A stretch of DNA of 63,992 nt, the filler included, from Acidimicrobiia bacterium (GTDB lineage Bacteria > Actinomycetota > Acidimicrobiia > Spongiisociales > JAENVV01): NCBI GenBank assembly GCA_041577335.1. It is 8 parts of 8 records of this genome, joined end to end, with 100 filler letters (N's around TTAATTAATTAA, not from the genome) between each part and the next. Parts side by side here need not be neighbours in the genome. Positions count along the whole stretch, not along the records: positions 1 to 9,965 come from JBFGJH010000088.1; positions 10,066 to 19,415 come from JBFGJH010000089.1; 6 more parts are not named here. One strand, given 5' to 3'. The notes beneath the pieces were generated by a model. The model saw only the letters and a list, made by a program, of their open reading frames with translations, did no database searches and was not told where the DNA came from. Positions 9,605 to 18,114 of this stretch are shown one piece after another; the first letter of the stretch is position 1; each line of letters begins with the position of its first letter. Both the position numbers and the translations under genes were made by a program.

Positions 9605-9860
9605 CAGGTGACCTCAGAGATGTTTACGGGACGCTTCTCGCGGATCGACTTCCACGCCGCCAAGCCGATGAGGAGTGGAGCCCGGCCGTCGTTGCCGGTG
9701 ACCGGGGACGGAAGACCGCCGCGTACTGCTTCCGCGAATGCCTCCCACTGGGCGACGTAGCTCGGGATGTATCGCTCGATGAAGAAATACGGCAGTGTCG
9801 CGTACTGGGTACCAGCGGGGCCCCGCCGGATCGTGGTGTTGGTCAGCGGGTAGGTCGAGG
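9604..9860 (-). CDS. iolG: Inositol 2-dehydrogenase, C-terminal fragment (5' part lost at the chimeric contig end)
   Basis: [18 protein letters not shown]...[28 protein letters not shown] is the typical IolG C-terminus. Confidence 0.78.
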
Positions 9861-9965
9861 CGCTGATATTCGGGCCGGAAATCATGACCCCACTGGGAAA
9901 CACAATGGGCCTCGTCGATGGCGAACAGGCTGATTTGGCAGCGGTCCAGCAGGTCGAGAAAGCGC
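9851..9965 (-). other. recQ: RecQ helicase gene fragment joined out of frame to iolG (chimeric contig end)
   Basis: Minus strand reads [38 protein letters not shown], i.e. RecQ motif II plus the aromatic-rich loop. Confidence 0.85.
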
Positions 9966-10065
9966 NNNNNNNNNNNNNNNNNNNNNNNNNNNNNNNNNNN
10001 NNNNNNNNNTTAATTAATTAANNNNNNNNNNNNNNNNNNNNNNNNNNNNNNNNNNNNNNNNNNNN
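9966..10065. other. Artificial contig linker (N44-TTAATTAATTAA-N44)
   Basis: Stop-in-all-frames spacer, repeated seven times in the window. Confidence 0.99.
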
Positions 10066-10067
10066 CC

Positions 10068-10307
10068 ATGAACAAGACTGTGGTGGCCACGGTGGCCAAC
10101 TTCTTCCTCCCCGGTGCGGGGTATCTGATCGCCGGCGTGAAGCGAGGAATCGCCGGGCTATGGTTGGTGGGCGTCATCGGGCTCACCTACGTCGAGTTCG
10201 GGATCCGGGAGCCAGAGCCCACGCTCTACGGGATCATGTTCGCCAGCGTCCTGCTGATGAACCTCGCGTTCGCGATCGACGTGTATCGGATCTCCAAGGA
10301 GGCCTGA
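10068..10307 (+). CDS. Small hypothetical membrane protein
   Basis: 79 aa, NFFLPGAGY and three hydrophobic segments, GC-rich codon usage. Confidence 0.7.
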   Translation: MNKTVVATVANFFLPGAGYLIAGVKRGIAGLWLVGVIGLTYVEFGIREPEPTLYGIMFASVLLMNLAFAIDVYRISKEA

Positions 10308-10341
10308 TCCGGGGCCAACGGCATGCACGCCTCCGTCCCTC

Positions 10342-10357
10342 TGATGCATCTGCATCA
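10342..10357. promoter_or_regulatory. Inverted repeat TGATGCA-TC-TGCATCA, putative operator of the ABC operon
   Basis: Perfect 7-2-7 inverted repeat about 80 nt upstream of the binding-protein ATG. Confidence 0.5.
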
Positions 10358-10437
10358 TTTCTCCTCGGTCAGACCTTGGCCCGACTTCGCCAAAGTTCGG
10401 TTGGTACGGTGCCTGAGCCCCCAAGGACGGAGGAGAC

Positions 10438-11745
10438 ATGAGGGAGAGCAGATTCCGCCTATTGATCCTGCTGTCGGCGCTGGCATTGGTTGCTGCCGCC
10501 TGCGGCGGCGGCGAAGAAGCCGCTGAAGAAACCACCACCACGGCAGCACCCGCGACGACCGGCACCACGGTGGCAGGTGACACGGCCACCACCGGCGCAG
10601 AGCCGATGTTCGTCGGCACGATCCTCTTCGGCGCAGCCGTATCCGATACAGGTCGATTCGCGCGAGAAGGCCAGGACACCCGTCAGGGCTACGACCTGTG
10701 GCTCGACTGGGTCAACAACGAGTACGGGGGCGTCAAAGTCGGCGAAGACCGATACCAAGTCGAGATCGTCTACTACGACGACGAAGGCGACTCCGACACC
10801 GCAGCCAACCTGGTGGAGCGTTTGATCACCGAGGACGAAGTCGACTTCCTACTCGGCCCATATTCGAGTGGTCTGACGATGTCTACGAGCGCCATCGCCG
10901 AGAAGTACAACGTGCTCATGGTCGAGGGCAACGGCGCATCCGAGTCCATCTTCGAGCGCGGGTTCAAGAACATCTTCGCGGTGCTGACCCCGGCCGGGAA
11001 CTACACGCAGTCGGCGCTGAAGGCGCTTGCGGACAAAGGCGCAAAGACTGCCGTGATCGCCTATGAAGACACCGCCTTCCCGACCTCGGTCGCCATCGGC
11101 GCAGAGAAGTGGGCAAAGGAATACGGCATGGAGGTGCTCGCCATCGAGACGTACCCCCTCGAGGTTGCCGACGTGTCGAGCATCATCACGACATTCAAGA
11201 ACCTCGACCCGGACGTGTTCGTTGGTGGGGGCCACTTCAACGACGCACTGCTGTTCGTGAGGGCGGCGAAGGAACAGGGCTGGACTCCGGATGCGATGGT
11301 GATCACCGTCGGTCCCTCGAACCCCGAGTTCGTGACCGAGGTCGGCGCCGACGCCGAGTACATCATCGGCCCCACCCAGTGGGAGCGGACTATGTCCTGG
11401 GAGGACCCTTGGTTCGGCACTGCGGAGGACTGGGCGAAGAGGTACGAGGCCATGTGGAACGAGCCGCCGTCCTACCAGGCCGCAGAGTCCACAGCCACTG
11501 CGCTTGCTCTGCACCTGGCCATTGAGGCAGCAGGAAGCCTGGACACGGACGCGGTCCGTCAGGCGCTCTACGACCTCGACGTCGTGACGTTCTACGGCCC
11601 GATCAACTTCGACGAGACAGGCAAGAACGTCGCAAAGCCGATGGGTTCCATCCAGATCCAGGACGGTGTCATCAACGTGGTCGCGCCGGTCGAGGCAGCG
11701 GTTGCCGACCTCAGGTATCCGATGCTCCCCTGGAACGAGAGGTAA
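10438..11745 (+). CDS. Branched-chain amino acid (HAAT) ABC substrate-binding lipoprotein
   Basis: Lipobox AAAC, Thr-rich linker, YYDD, FLLGPYSSG; RBS GGAGGAG. Confidence 0.9.
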   Translation: MRESRFRLLILLSALALVAAACGGGEEAAEETTTTAAPATTGTTVAGDTATTGAEPMFVGTILFGAAVSDTGRFAREGQDTRQGYDLWLDWVNNEYGGVKVGEDRYQVEIVYYDDEGDSDTAANLVERLITEDEVDFLLGPYSSGLTMSTSAIAEKYNVLMVEGNGASESIFERGFKNIFAVLTPAGNYTQSALKALADKGAKTAVIAYEDTAFPTSVAIGAEKWAKEYGMEVLAIETYPLEVADVSSIITTFKNLDPDVFVGGGHFNDALLFVRAAKEQGWTPDAMVITVGPSNPEFVTEVGADAEYIIGPTQWERTMSWEDPWFGTAEDWAKRYEAMWNEPPSYQAAESTATALALHLAIEAAGSLDTDAVRQALYDLDVVTFYGPINFDETGKNVAKPMGSIQIQDGVINVVAPVEAAVADLRYPMLPWNER

Positions 11746-11755
11746 CGAACCAGAA

Positions 11756-11783
11756 GTGGGGGCGGAGGCTTCTCCGCCCCCAC
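11756..11783 (+). terminator. 12-bp GC stem-loop after the binding-protein gene (attenuator or mRNA-stabilising hairpin)
   Basis: GTGGGGGCGGAG-GCTT-CTCCGCCCCCAC. Confidence 0.7.
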
Positions 11784-11801
11784 CAAGGCAAGGACGGGCT
11801 C

Positions 11802-12695
11802 ATGGACCTGGCACTCCAAGCGTTGATCAACGGCATCATGCTCGGTGGGTTTTATGCAGTGATGATGCTCGGCTTCTCGGTGATCTGGGGAGTCATGGGC
11901 GTCATCAACCTCGCCCACGGAGAGATGATCATGGTGGGCGCATATCTGAGTTGGCTGCTCAACTCGGAGTACGGCGTCGATCCCTTCGTATCGATCCTCG
12001 TCGTCCTTCCCGTGATGTTCGTCTTTGGGTACGTGCTGCAGTTGATCCTCATCAACCGAGTGGTCGACCGGCCCATTCTCTCCTCGCTGCTCGTCACGTT
12101 CGGCCTCTCGATTGCGGTTGCCAATCTCGCCAAGCTGATCTTCACCGCCGACCCTCGCCTCACCGAGACGTTCTTGGGCGGCGCATGGGACGTGGGAGGA
12201 GTGACATTTCCCGTGACCAAGACGGCGATCATGGGCGTGGCGCTGGTGATCATGGGGTCGCTGTACGCCTTCCTCCAGCGCACCAGAACGGGCAAGTCGA
12301 TCCGCGCCGCGGCACAGAACAAGCAGGCGGCTCGCATCGTCGGGATCGACATCAACAAGATCTACGCCCTCACCTTCGGCATCTGCATCGCCATCACCGG
12401 TGTTGCCGGGGCCGTGATCAGCCCGACGCAGGCGGTGTTCCCGTTCATGGGCACGCCGCTCACACTGCGGGCTTTCACGATCACCGCCCTCGCCGGGCTG
12501 GGCAGCATTCCCGGGGCCTTGATGGGGGGAATCGTCCTGGGGGTCGTCGAAAGCTTCATCGGTGTGTACGTGTCGGGCATCGGCACCAACCTGGCGATCA
12601 TCGCCTCGTTCGTGCTCCTCGTCGTGATCCTGCTCACCAGGCCTCAGGGGCTGTTCGGCGGTCTCAGGCCGCATGAGGAGCCGGCGCAGATATGA
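11802..12695 (+). CDS. livH: HAAT ABC permease
   Basis: QALINGIMLGG, INLAHGE, TRTGKSIRA and GLGSIPGA. Confidence 0.9.
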   Translation: MDLALQALINGIMLGGFYAVMMLGFSVIWGVMGVINLAHGEMIMVGAYLSWLLNSEYGVDPFVSILVVLPVMFVFGYVLQLILINRVVDRPILSSLLVTFGLSIAVANLAKLIFTADPRLTETFLGGAWDVGGVTFPVTKTAIMGVALVIMGSLYAFLQRTRTGKSIRAAAQNKQAARIVGIDINKIYALTFGICIAITGVAGAVISPTQAVFPFMGTPLTLRAFTITALAGLGSIPGALMGGIVLGVVESFIGVYVSGIGTNLAIIASFVLLVVILLTRPQGLFGGLRPHEEPAQI

Positions 12696-13714
12696 GACGG
12701 CTTCCCCGGACACCTCGCATCATCCTCTTGGTGATCTTGGTGCTCGGTCTGGCCACCATGCCACTGCTCCCCGACTGGTTCCCAGATCAAACCTGGGTGA
12801 CCAATTCGAGGCTCTTCTCCTTCACACAGATGTTCATGCTCATCACCCTGGCGAGCAACTGGAACCTCACGGGTGGGTTCGCCGGCTATGTCGATTTCGG
12901 GCACGCAGTGTTCTTCGGAATCGGCGCCTACGGCACCGGCATCATGATGAACGAGGGCTGGCCGTTCTGGCCTTCGATGGTCGCCGGGGCGGTTTTTGCG
13001 CTGATCTTCGCCCTGCTGATCGGCTACCCCACATTGCGGCTGAAGGGCCCGTACTTCGCGATAGCGATGCTCGGGATGTTCGTAGCTGTGCGCGAGATCG
13101 TCCGCGTCGCCAAGCCCCTCACTGGGGGTGGAGTGGGGCTGACGCTGCCGCCATACCTGAACCGGCCACTCTTCTACTGGGTCACCCTTGCGATGGCAGT
13201 CCTCGTGGTAGCGCTGATGTGGTGGATTCGTCGCTCGGAATTCGGCGCAACGCTGATCGCCATCCGCGAAGACGAGGTCGGTGCCGAAATGCGCGGGATC
13301 AACACCACCGTCAACAAGATCGCCGCCTTCGCCATCGGCTCCTTCTCCACAGGCATCGTCGGCGGCCTGTGGGCCTACCAGAACACCTTCATCGACCCCG
13401 ACGTCGTCTTCTTTCCCAGCCGTACCGTGGAGTTGGTGATGATGTCCATGCTCGGCGGGCTCGGAACAGTGGCCGGGCCGGTCCTCGGCGCGGCAACCAT
13501 CTACTGGATGAGGGACGTGGTCTGGGCGAGTTTCGCCGACTACCACCTGTTGGTCGAAGGGATTCTCCTCATCCTCATCGTGCTGTACACGCCCGAAGGC
13601 ATCATGGGCAGGCTCGGTGACCGATCCGCAACCAGCCTCCAGAGGCTCTGGAGCCGCAAACGCCCTGCCGAGGAGGAGTCCACGGAAGTGGTCGTGAAGA
13701 GGCTCTCGTCATGA
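12692..13714 (+). CDS. livM: HAAT ABC permease
   Basis: WNLTGGFAGYVDFGH, LRLKGPYFAI, AIREDE and GGLGTVAGP. Confidence 0.9.
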   Translation: MRRLPRTPRIILLVILVLGLATMPLLPDWFPDQTWVTNSRLFSFTQMFMLITLASNWNLTGGFAGYVDFGHAVFFGIGAYGTGIMMNEGWPFWPSMVAGAVFALIFALLIGYPTLRLKGPYFAIAMLGMFVAVREIVRVAKPLTGGGVGLTLPPYLNRPLFYWVTLAMAVLVVALMWWIRRSEFGATLIAIREDEVGAEMRGINTTVNKIAAFAIGSFSTGIVGGLWAYQNTFIDPDVVFFPSRTVELVMMSMLGGLGTVAGPVLGAATIYWMRDVVWASFADYHLLVEGILLILIVLYTPEGIMGRLGDRSATSLQRLWSRKRPAEEESTEVVVKRLSS

Positions 13715-14454
13715 CCGAGCCTCTTCTCGACGGTCGCGGCGTCACGAAACGTTTCGGCGGCTTGGTCGCCGTCAACAACGTCGACTTCCAGGTCTTCCCA
13801 AAGGAGATCGTGGGCCTGATCGGACCGAACGGGAGCGGCAAGACGACCCTGTTCGACTGTCTCAGCCGGGTCCAGTCGATCGACGAGGGCCAGGTGATGT
13901 TCAAGGGGATGGACATCACCGCCAAGAAACCCCACGAAGTCGCCCACCTGGGAATGGCCCGGACGTTCCAGGTGATTCGGGTCTACCGGAAGCTGACTGT
14001 CCTGGAGAACATGAAGGTGAGCCGCCAGTGGCGCGGCGAGACGCTGTGGAACCAGCTCACCCCGAGTCACGCAGATGTCGAGACCCGCGCACACGAGTTG
14101 ATCGACTTCCTCAAACTCAGCCACCTGACCGACTCCGATGCAGGGATGCTGTCGGGAGGTCAACGCCGCCTGCTCGAGCTGGGTATGGCGCTCATGCCCA
14201 ATCCAGAACTGCTTCTCCTCGATGAGGCCGCCTCGGGCGTGAATCCGACCCTCGTGGAAGAGATCAAGGACAGGATCCGCGAACTCAACCAAGAGCAGGG
14301 CAAGACGTTCCTGGTGGTGGAGCACGACATGCGGTTCATCTCCGACCTCTGCAGCCGGGTCTACGTGCTCAATTACGGAGAGAAGATGGCCGAAGGAACG
14401 CCGCAGGAAGTCATGGAGGATGAGGCCGTGATCGAAGCGTATTTCGGCACATGA
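13711..14454 (+). CDS. livG: HAAT ABC ATP-binding protein
   Basis: KRFGGL, GPNGSGKT, ARTFQ, LSGGQ, LLLDE and VEHDM. Confidence 0.92.
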   Translation: MTEPLLDGRGVTKRFGGLVAVNNVDFQVFPKEIVGLIGPNGSGKTTLFDCLSRVQSIDEGQVMFKGMDITAKKPHEVAHLGMARTFQVIRVYRKLTVLENMKVSRQWRGETLWNQLTPSHADVETRAHELIDFLKLSHLTDSDAGMLSGGQRRLLELGMALMPNPELLLLDEAASGVNPTLVEEIKDRIRELNQEQGKTFLVVEHDMRFISDLCSRVYVLNYGEKMAEGTPQEVMEDEAVIEAYFGT

Positions 14455-15182
14455 ACTCGAATGGAACACCCCTTCTCGAGATCAAGGATCTCTATGCGGG
14501 TTACCTCGACTTCGACATCCTCCACGGGGTGAACCTCGAGGTGGCGCCGCAGGAGGTGGTGTGCGTCATTGGACCAAACGGCGCCGGCAAGTCGACTGTC
14601 TTCAGGGCGATCTATGGGCTCATCAAGGTCCGACTGGGCCAGGTGCTCTTCGACGGGGCCGACATCACCAACTCCACCCCTCAGGAGGTCCTGGCATCGG
14701 GCATCGCCATCGTTCCCCAATTGCGCAGCATCTTTCCGCAGATGACTGTCCTCGAGAATCTCGAGATGGGCATGTTCCTCGAAAGGGACAAGGCGAGGAT
14801 CGCAGAGCGAATAGACGTCATCTTCGCCTTGTTCCCGCGCCTCCATGAGCGAGCCAAACAGGAGGCGGGCACCATGAGTGGCGGCGAGCAGCGGATGCTC
14901 GAGATCGGTCGCGCGTTGATGCTCGAGCCCAAATTGGTGTTGATGGACGAGCCATCCGCAGGCCTCGCCCCGTCGATCACGCGGGCGATCTTCGACCACA
15001 TCCGCAACCTGAACGCCGAGATTGGGCTCACGGTGCTGATGATCGAACAGAACGCACGCCAAGGCCTCGAAGCGTCACACCGCGGCTACGTGCTGGAACT
15101 GGGCAGGAATACATACGAAGGCACCGGAGATGCCCTCATCGCCGACCCCGAGGTCAGGCGCGCCTTCCTGGGTGGTCGGTGA
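14451..15182 (+). CDS. livF: HAAT ABC ATP-binding protein
   Basis: GPNGAGKS, FPRL, MSGGEQ, DEPSAGL and IEQNA. Confidence 0.92.
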   Translation: MNSNGTPLLEIKDLYAGYLDFDILHGVNLEVAPQEVVCVIGPNGAGKSTVFRAIYGLIKVRLGQVLFDGADITNSTPQEVLASGIAIVPQLRSIFPQMTVLENLEMGMFLERDKARIAERIDVIFALFPRLHERAKQEAGTMSGGEQRMLEIGRALMLEPKLVLMDEPSAGLAPSITRAIFDHIRNLNAEIGLTVLMIEQNARQGLEASHRGYVLELGRNTYEGTGDALIADPEVRRAFLGGR

Positions 15183-16396
15183 CAGGCACCGCCGGACCAC
15201 ATCCCAACCCAAGGCCTGATCGATATCGCTGGGTCGTGCTCATAGCCGCGACCATCGCGCAAGCGGGTACGGCATTCGTGTTCCTCGGCGTGGGAGCACT
15301 GGCCGGGTTCATCCAGGAGGACTTCGGCCTCAGCGGCGCACAGACCGGTCTTCTGGTGACAGCGGTGGCTCTTGCCCCTCTGCTGGCCCTTCTCCCCATC
15401 GGGAGGTTGCTCGACCGCGGATCGGAACGGACGATCATCACCGCCGGGGCCCTGTTGCTGGCCGCCGGCACCGGACTGGCCGCGGAAGCAAACGGCTATC
15501 GCTGGATCCTGTTGTTGCTGTTTCTCGGAGGCGCCGGCTATTCGGCGTCGCAACCGGGAGGTAGCAAGGTGGTCGCCTCCTGGTTTCCGCCATATCAGCG
15601 AGGTTTCGCCATGGGCGTGCGTCAAACCGGCTTGCCCCTCGGAGGTGCTCTCGCGGCGGCGATCCTCCCGGCCATCGCCGACGGAAGAGGCTGGGGTTCG
15701 GCGATGAGAGTGGCTGCAGCCACAGCCGCCCTCACCGGGGTCGCATTCGGGGTGGCGTATCGTCCCGGCCACGAGCCGCCGATCGCATCGGGCCGCCGGT
15801 TCGGCGCGGAGATTCGGGAACTGCTGGCGATGGGACCGATCAGAAGGGCGATGGTGGCCGGTCTCGCGATGGTGGCGATCCAACTCTCGATCGTCTCCTA
15901 CTTGATGCTGTATGCACGCGATGTGCATGACATACCGCTCGCCCGAGGCGCCTGGTTGCTGTTTGCCGCGCAGGTGGCCGGTGTCCTGGGTCGCATCGTT
16001 CTGGCGGCGTGGAGCGATCGAATCCGGAGCCGGATGACGCCTGTCATCGGAGCCGCTGTCGCCGCAGGCGCCGGGGCGGTCGCCTACGGCGCGCTCACGA
16101 TCGGGCTGACGCTCACGACGCTGCTCGTCATGACCTCGGTGATCGGATTCTTCGCCTTCGGCTGGTATGGGCCATGGGTGGTGTTCGTGGCCGAGGCTGC
16201 GCCGGGCCACGCTGTCGGCCTGACCCTGGCCCTTGCGATGACCGCCAACCAGATGGCGATCGTGGCAGCACCCCCGATATTCGGCCTGCTCCTCGACGTC
16301 AGCGGCGGATACACGCTCCCCTGGATGACGCTGGGCGGATTCCTCCTGGGGGTGGCGCTGCTGCTCCGGGTGAGCCGGCCAGCCCCCCACATCTGA
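15179..16396 (+). CDS. MFS transporter
   Basis: About 12 hydrophobic segments, GRLLDRG motif A, WFPxxxRG and WSDR. Confidence 0.88.
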   Translation: MTGTAGPHPNPRPDRYRWVVLIAATIAQAGTAFVFLGVGALAGFIQEDFGLSGAQTGLLVTAVALAPLLALLPIGRLLDRGSERTIITAGALLLAAGTGLAAEANGYRWILLLLFLGGAGYSASQPGGSKVVASWFPPYQRGFAMGVRQTGLPLGGALAAAILPAIADGRGWGSAMRVAAATAALTGVAFGVAYRPGHEPPIASGRRFGAEIRELLAMGPIRRAMVAGLAMVAIQLSIVSYLMLYARDVHDIPLARGAWLLFAAQVAGVLGRIVLAAWSDRIRSRMTPVIGAAVAAGAGAVAYGALTIGLTLTTLLVMTSVIGFFAFGWYGPWVVFVAEAAPGHAVGLTLALAMTANQMAIVAAPPIFGLLLDVSGGYTLPWMTLGGFLLGVALLLRVSRPAPHI

Positions 16397-16424
16397 GAGA
16401 TAGTCGTTCTCTACCCTCTCCCAC

Positions 16425-16712
16425 GTGCAGATCCAACAGCCAACCGTCGTCGTGCTCGTAGGCCCTTCGGGCGCCGGGAAGTCCCACTGGGCAGCGCAGC
16501 ACTTCAGGCCCGGCGAGATAGTGAGCTCCGACAGGCTGCGTCCGGTTGTCGGCGAAGGCGAGCACGACCTCGACGCCAGCAAAGCCGCGTTCGAGCTTCT
16601 CGACTCGATCGTCGCCGAGCGCGTGCGCCGGGGGCTGACCACGGTCATCGACACCCTCGGCCTCGACAGCGGTCACCGTCATCACGCCTTCGCCGCCTCC
16701 CAGCAAGTTTGA
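16425..16712 (+). pseudogene. Truncated P-loop kinase (AAA_33/Pnkp-kinase-like)
   Basis: VVLVGPSGAGKS, IVSSDRLR and TTVID; stops after 95 aa, before the domain is complete. Confidence 0.6.
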
Positions 16713-16723
16713 AGCACCGCCGA

Positions 16724-17095
16724 TCAGACGTCGATCGAACGTGCCCCGAGAAAGGCCGCCACATATCCGACGTAGGCGATCAGGGCGCCCACCACCGACA
16801 CAAACCCGTCATAGGAGTCGAAACGGATGTCATCGAGGAACTCGACTACTCCAGCAAACGCCAGCAGGTATCCGCCCACCTTGGCGAAGACTGCAGGCTT
16901 GCTGATCGCCCTTGGCGCCAGACGGGGCAACGCCACGACGCCGAGCGCCACGACGAGGGCCACGTTCGTCACGAAGTACTCACCCGCGATCAACTCGAAG
17001 ATCACGAAGACCCCCAGAACGAGGTAGCAGCCAATCTGCACCAAGCCCAGACTCGAACCCGCGCTCGCCATCGCGTGCGTGTCGTCAGCCGACAT
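16724..17095 (-). CDS. Hypothetical membrane protein (about 4 TM helices)
   Basis: RBS AGGAGG upstream of ATG 17095 (MSADDTHAM); hydrophobic helices. Confidence 0.75.
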   Translation of the reverse strand: MSADDTHAMASAGSSLGLVQIGCYLVLGVFVIFELIAGEYFVTNVALVVALGVVALPRLAPRAISKPAVFAKVGGYLLAFAGVVEFLDDIRFDSYDGFVSVVGALIAYVGYVAAFLGARSIDV

Positions 17096-17201
17096 GTGCG
17101 CCTCCTGTTCGCCTGAGCGGAAGCCTACCGATCGGCGCCTGAGCGGGCGCCGGGCAAGGGCGACCGGCGGGAGCGCGAAAACACCTCGAGAACAGTCATT
17201 G

Positions 17202-17216
17202 CGAACATGTGTTCGA
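17202..17216. promoter_or_regulatory. LexA (SOS) box CGAAC-ATGT-GTTCGA
   Basis: Matches the actinobacterial TCGAAC-N4-GTTCGA consensus; followed by a TACCTT -10-like element and ATG 17239. Confidence 0.82.
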
Positions 17217-17238
17217 TCATCTACCTTGGCCGGTCCCC

Positions 17239-17994
17239 ATGCAACTCGACGATCTGAGAATCGAATTCGAGACTCTCTCCAGCAGGTACGGGTTGACACC
17301 ACCGCCGGAACTGAGGCGAATAATCACCGCCGAGCAACGTCGCCGCTACCGGATGCGCCATCTGCAGAGCCTGATCGAGGAGACCCAGGTCGAACTGGGA
17401 ATCCTCCGTGAAGAAGTCGAAGGACTGGCCAAGGGCCTCGAACTCGCCCTCGCCCACGCCATCGACACCGCCCGCCGGGAGCACAACGAGGGTTGGTCTC
17501 CGGTCCCTGTGATCGGCTATCGGGTGTGGAGCATCACCGATGAGGGGATCGTCGGCTATCGCGTGAAATGGACGGAACCCACTCTCGAAGCGTTCTGCGG
17601 CCATGGTGCCGGCGAGGACGAGGTTCCACACACCGACGGACGATGCGGTCCCCCTGCCTGCGGCATCTATGCGGCCAAGAACCCGACGGAGCTCATCGGC
17701 ACCTGGTGCGACTACGACGGCGAATGGCTGATGGGGATGGTGGAGTTGTCGGGGAAGGTGGTGGAACACCAACGCGGATACCGCGCCAAGACGGCGAACG
17801 TGGTCGCCATCGTCGGCTTCGACTCTCGCGGTTCGTATGCAGCCACCGAGTCGGCCGACCTCGCACGGCTCTTCCACCGACCCGCCTCCAGGGCCGATCT
17901 TCAGAGAATGCCCCGGATCGACTCCAAGACCAGGGCCGAGATGTTCTTCGAGTCGGTCGATCTCCCGAGTGAAAGGAACCAACCATGGACATAG
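17239..17994 (+). CDS. Uncharacterised protein: N-terminal coiled coil plus C-terminal Cys/His domain (GYRVW...C..H..C..CGIYA...GKVVEH..GYRA)
   Basis: Open 251-aa frame with host-like codon usage; start placed downstream of the LexA box. Confidence 0.8.
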   Translation: MQLDDLRIEFETLSSRYGLTPPPELRRIITAEQRRRYRMRHLQSLIEETQVELGILREEVEGLAKGLELALAHAIDTARREHNEGWSPVPVIGYRVWSITDEGIVGYRVKWTEPTLEAFCGHGAGEDEVPHTDGRCGPPACGIYAAKNPTELIGTWCDYDGEWLMGMVELSGKVVEHQRGYRAKTANVVAIVGFDSRGSYAATESADLARLFHRPASRADLQRMPRIDSKTRAEMFFESVDLPSERNQPWT

Positions 17995-18110
17995 GCGAGC
18001 CACAGCGGGTGATCATCGTCGAACCCCTCGAGGCGCCTCCGAGCCCCGACATCGAACCTCTCGAGGTGCCGGCGGTGGAGCCGGAAGAGGCACCCACCGA
18101 ATCGGGATGA
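17985..18110 (+). CDS. 41-aa acidic Glu/Pro-repeat peptide MDIGEPQRVIIVEPLEAPPSPDIEPLEVPAVEPEEAPTESG
   Basis: Below the ORF-track cutoff. RBS GAAAGGAA lies just upstream of the ATG; the ORF overlaps the upstream gene by 10 nt and ends 4 nt before the convergent alkA-like stop. Confidence 0.72.
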   Translation: MDIGEPQRVIIVEPLEAPPSPDIEPLEVPAVEPEEAPTESG

Positions 18111-18114
18111 CCCG

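Noticed and set aside
9604..9903. 99-aa ORF treated as a stand-alone small gene
   Set aside because: Its N-terminus is an off-frame reading of the RecQ fragment, and the rest is the IolG C-terminus.
15086..16654. Long antisense or alternate-frame ORFs (also 34543-36141, 57623-58939, 61832-63283 and others)
   Set aside because: GC-rich shadow frames overlapping well-supported genes, with no recognisable motifs.
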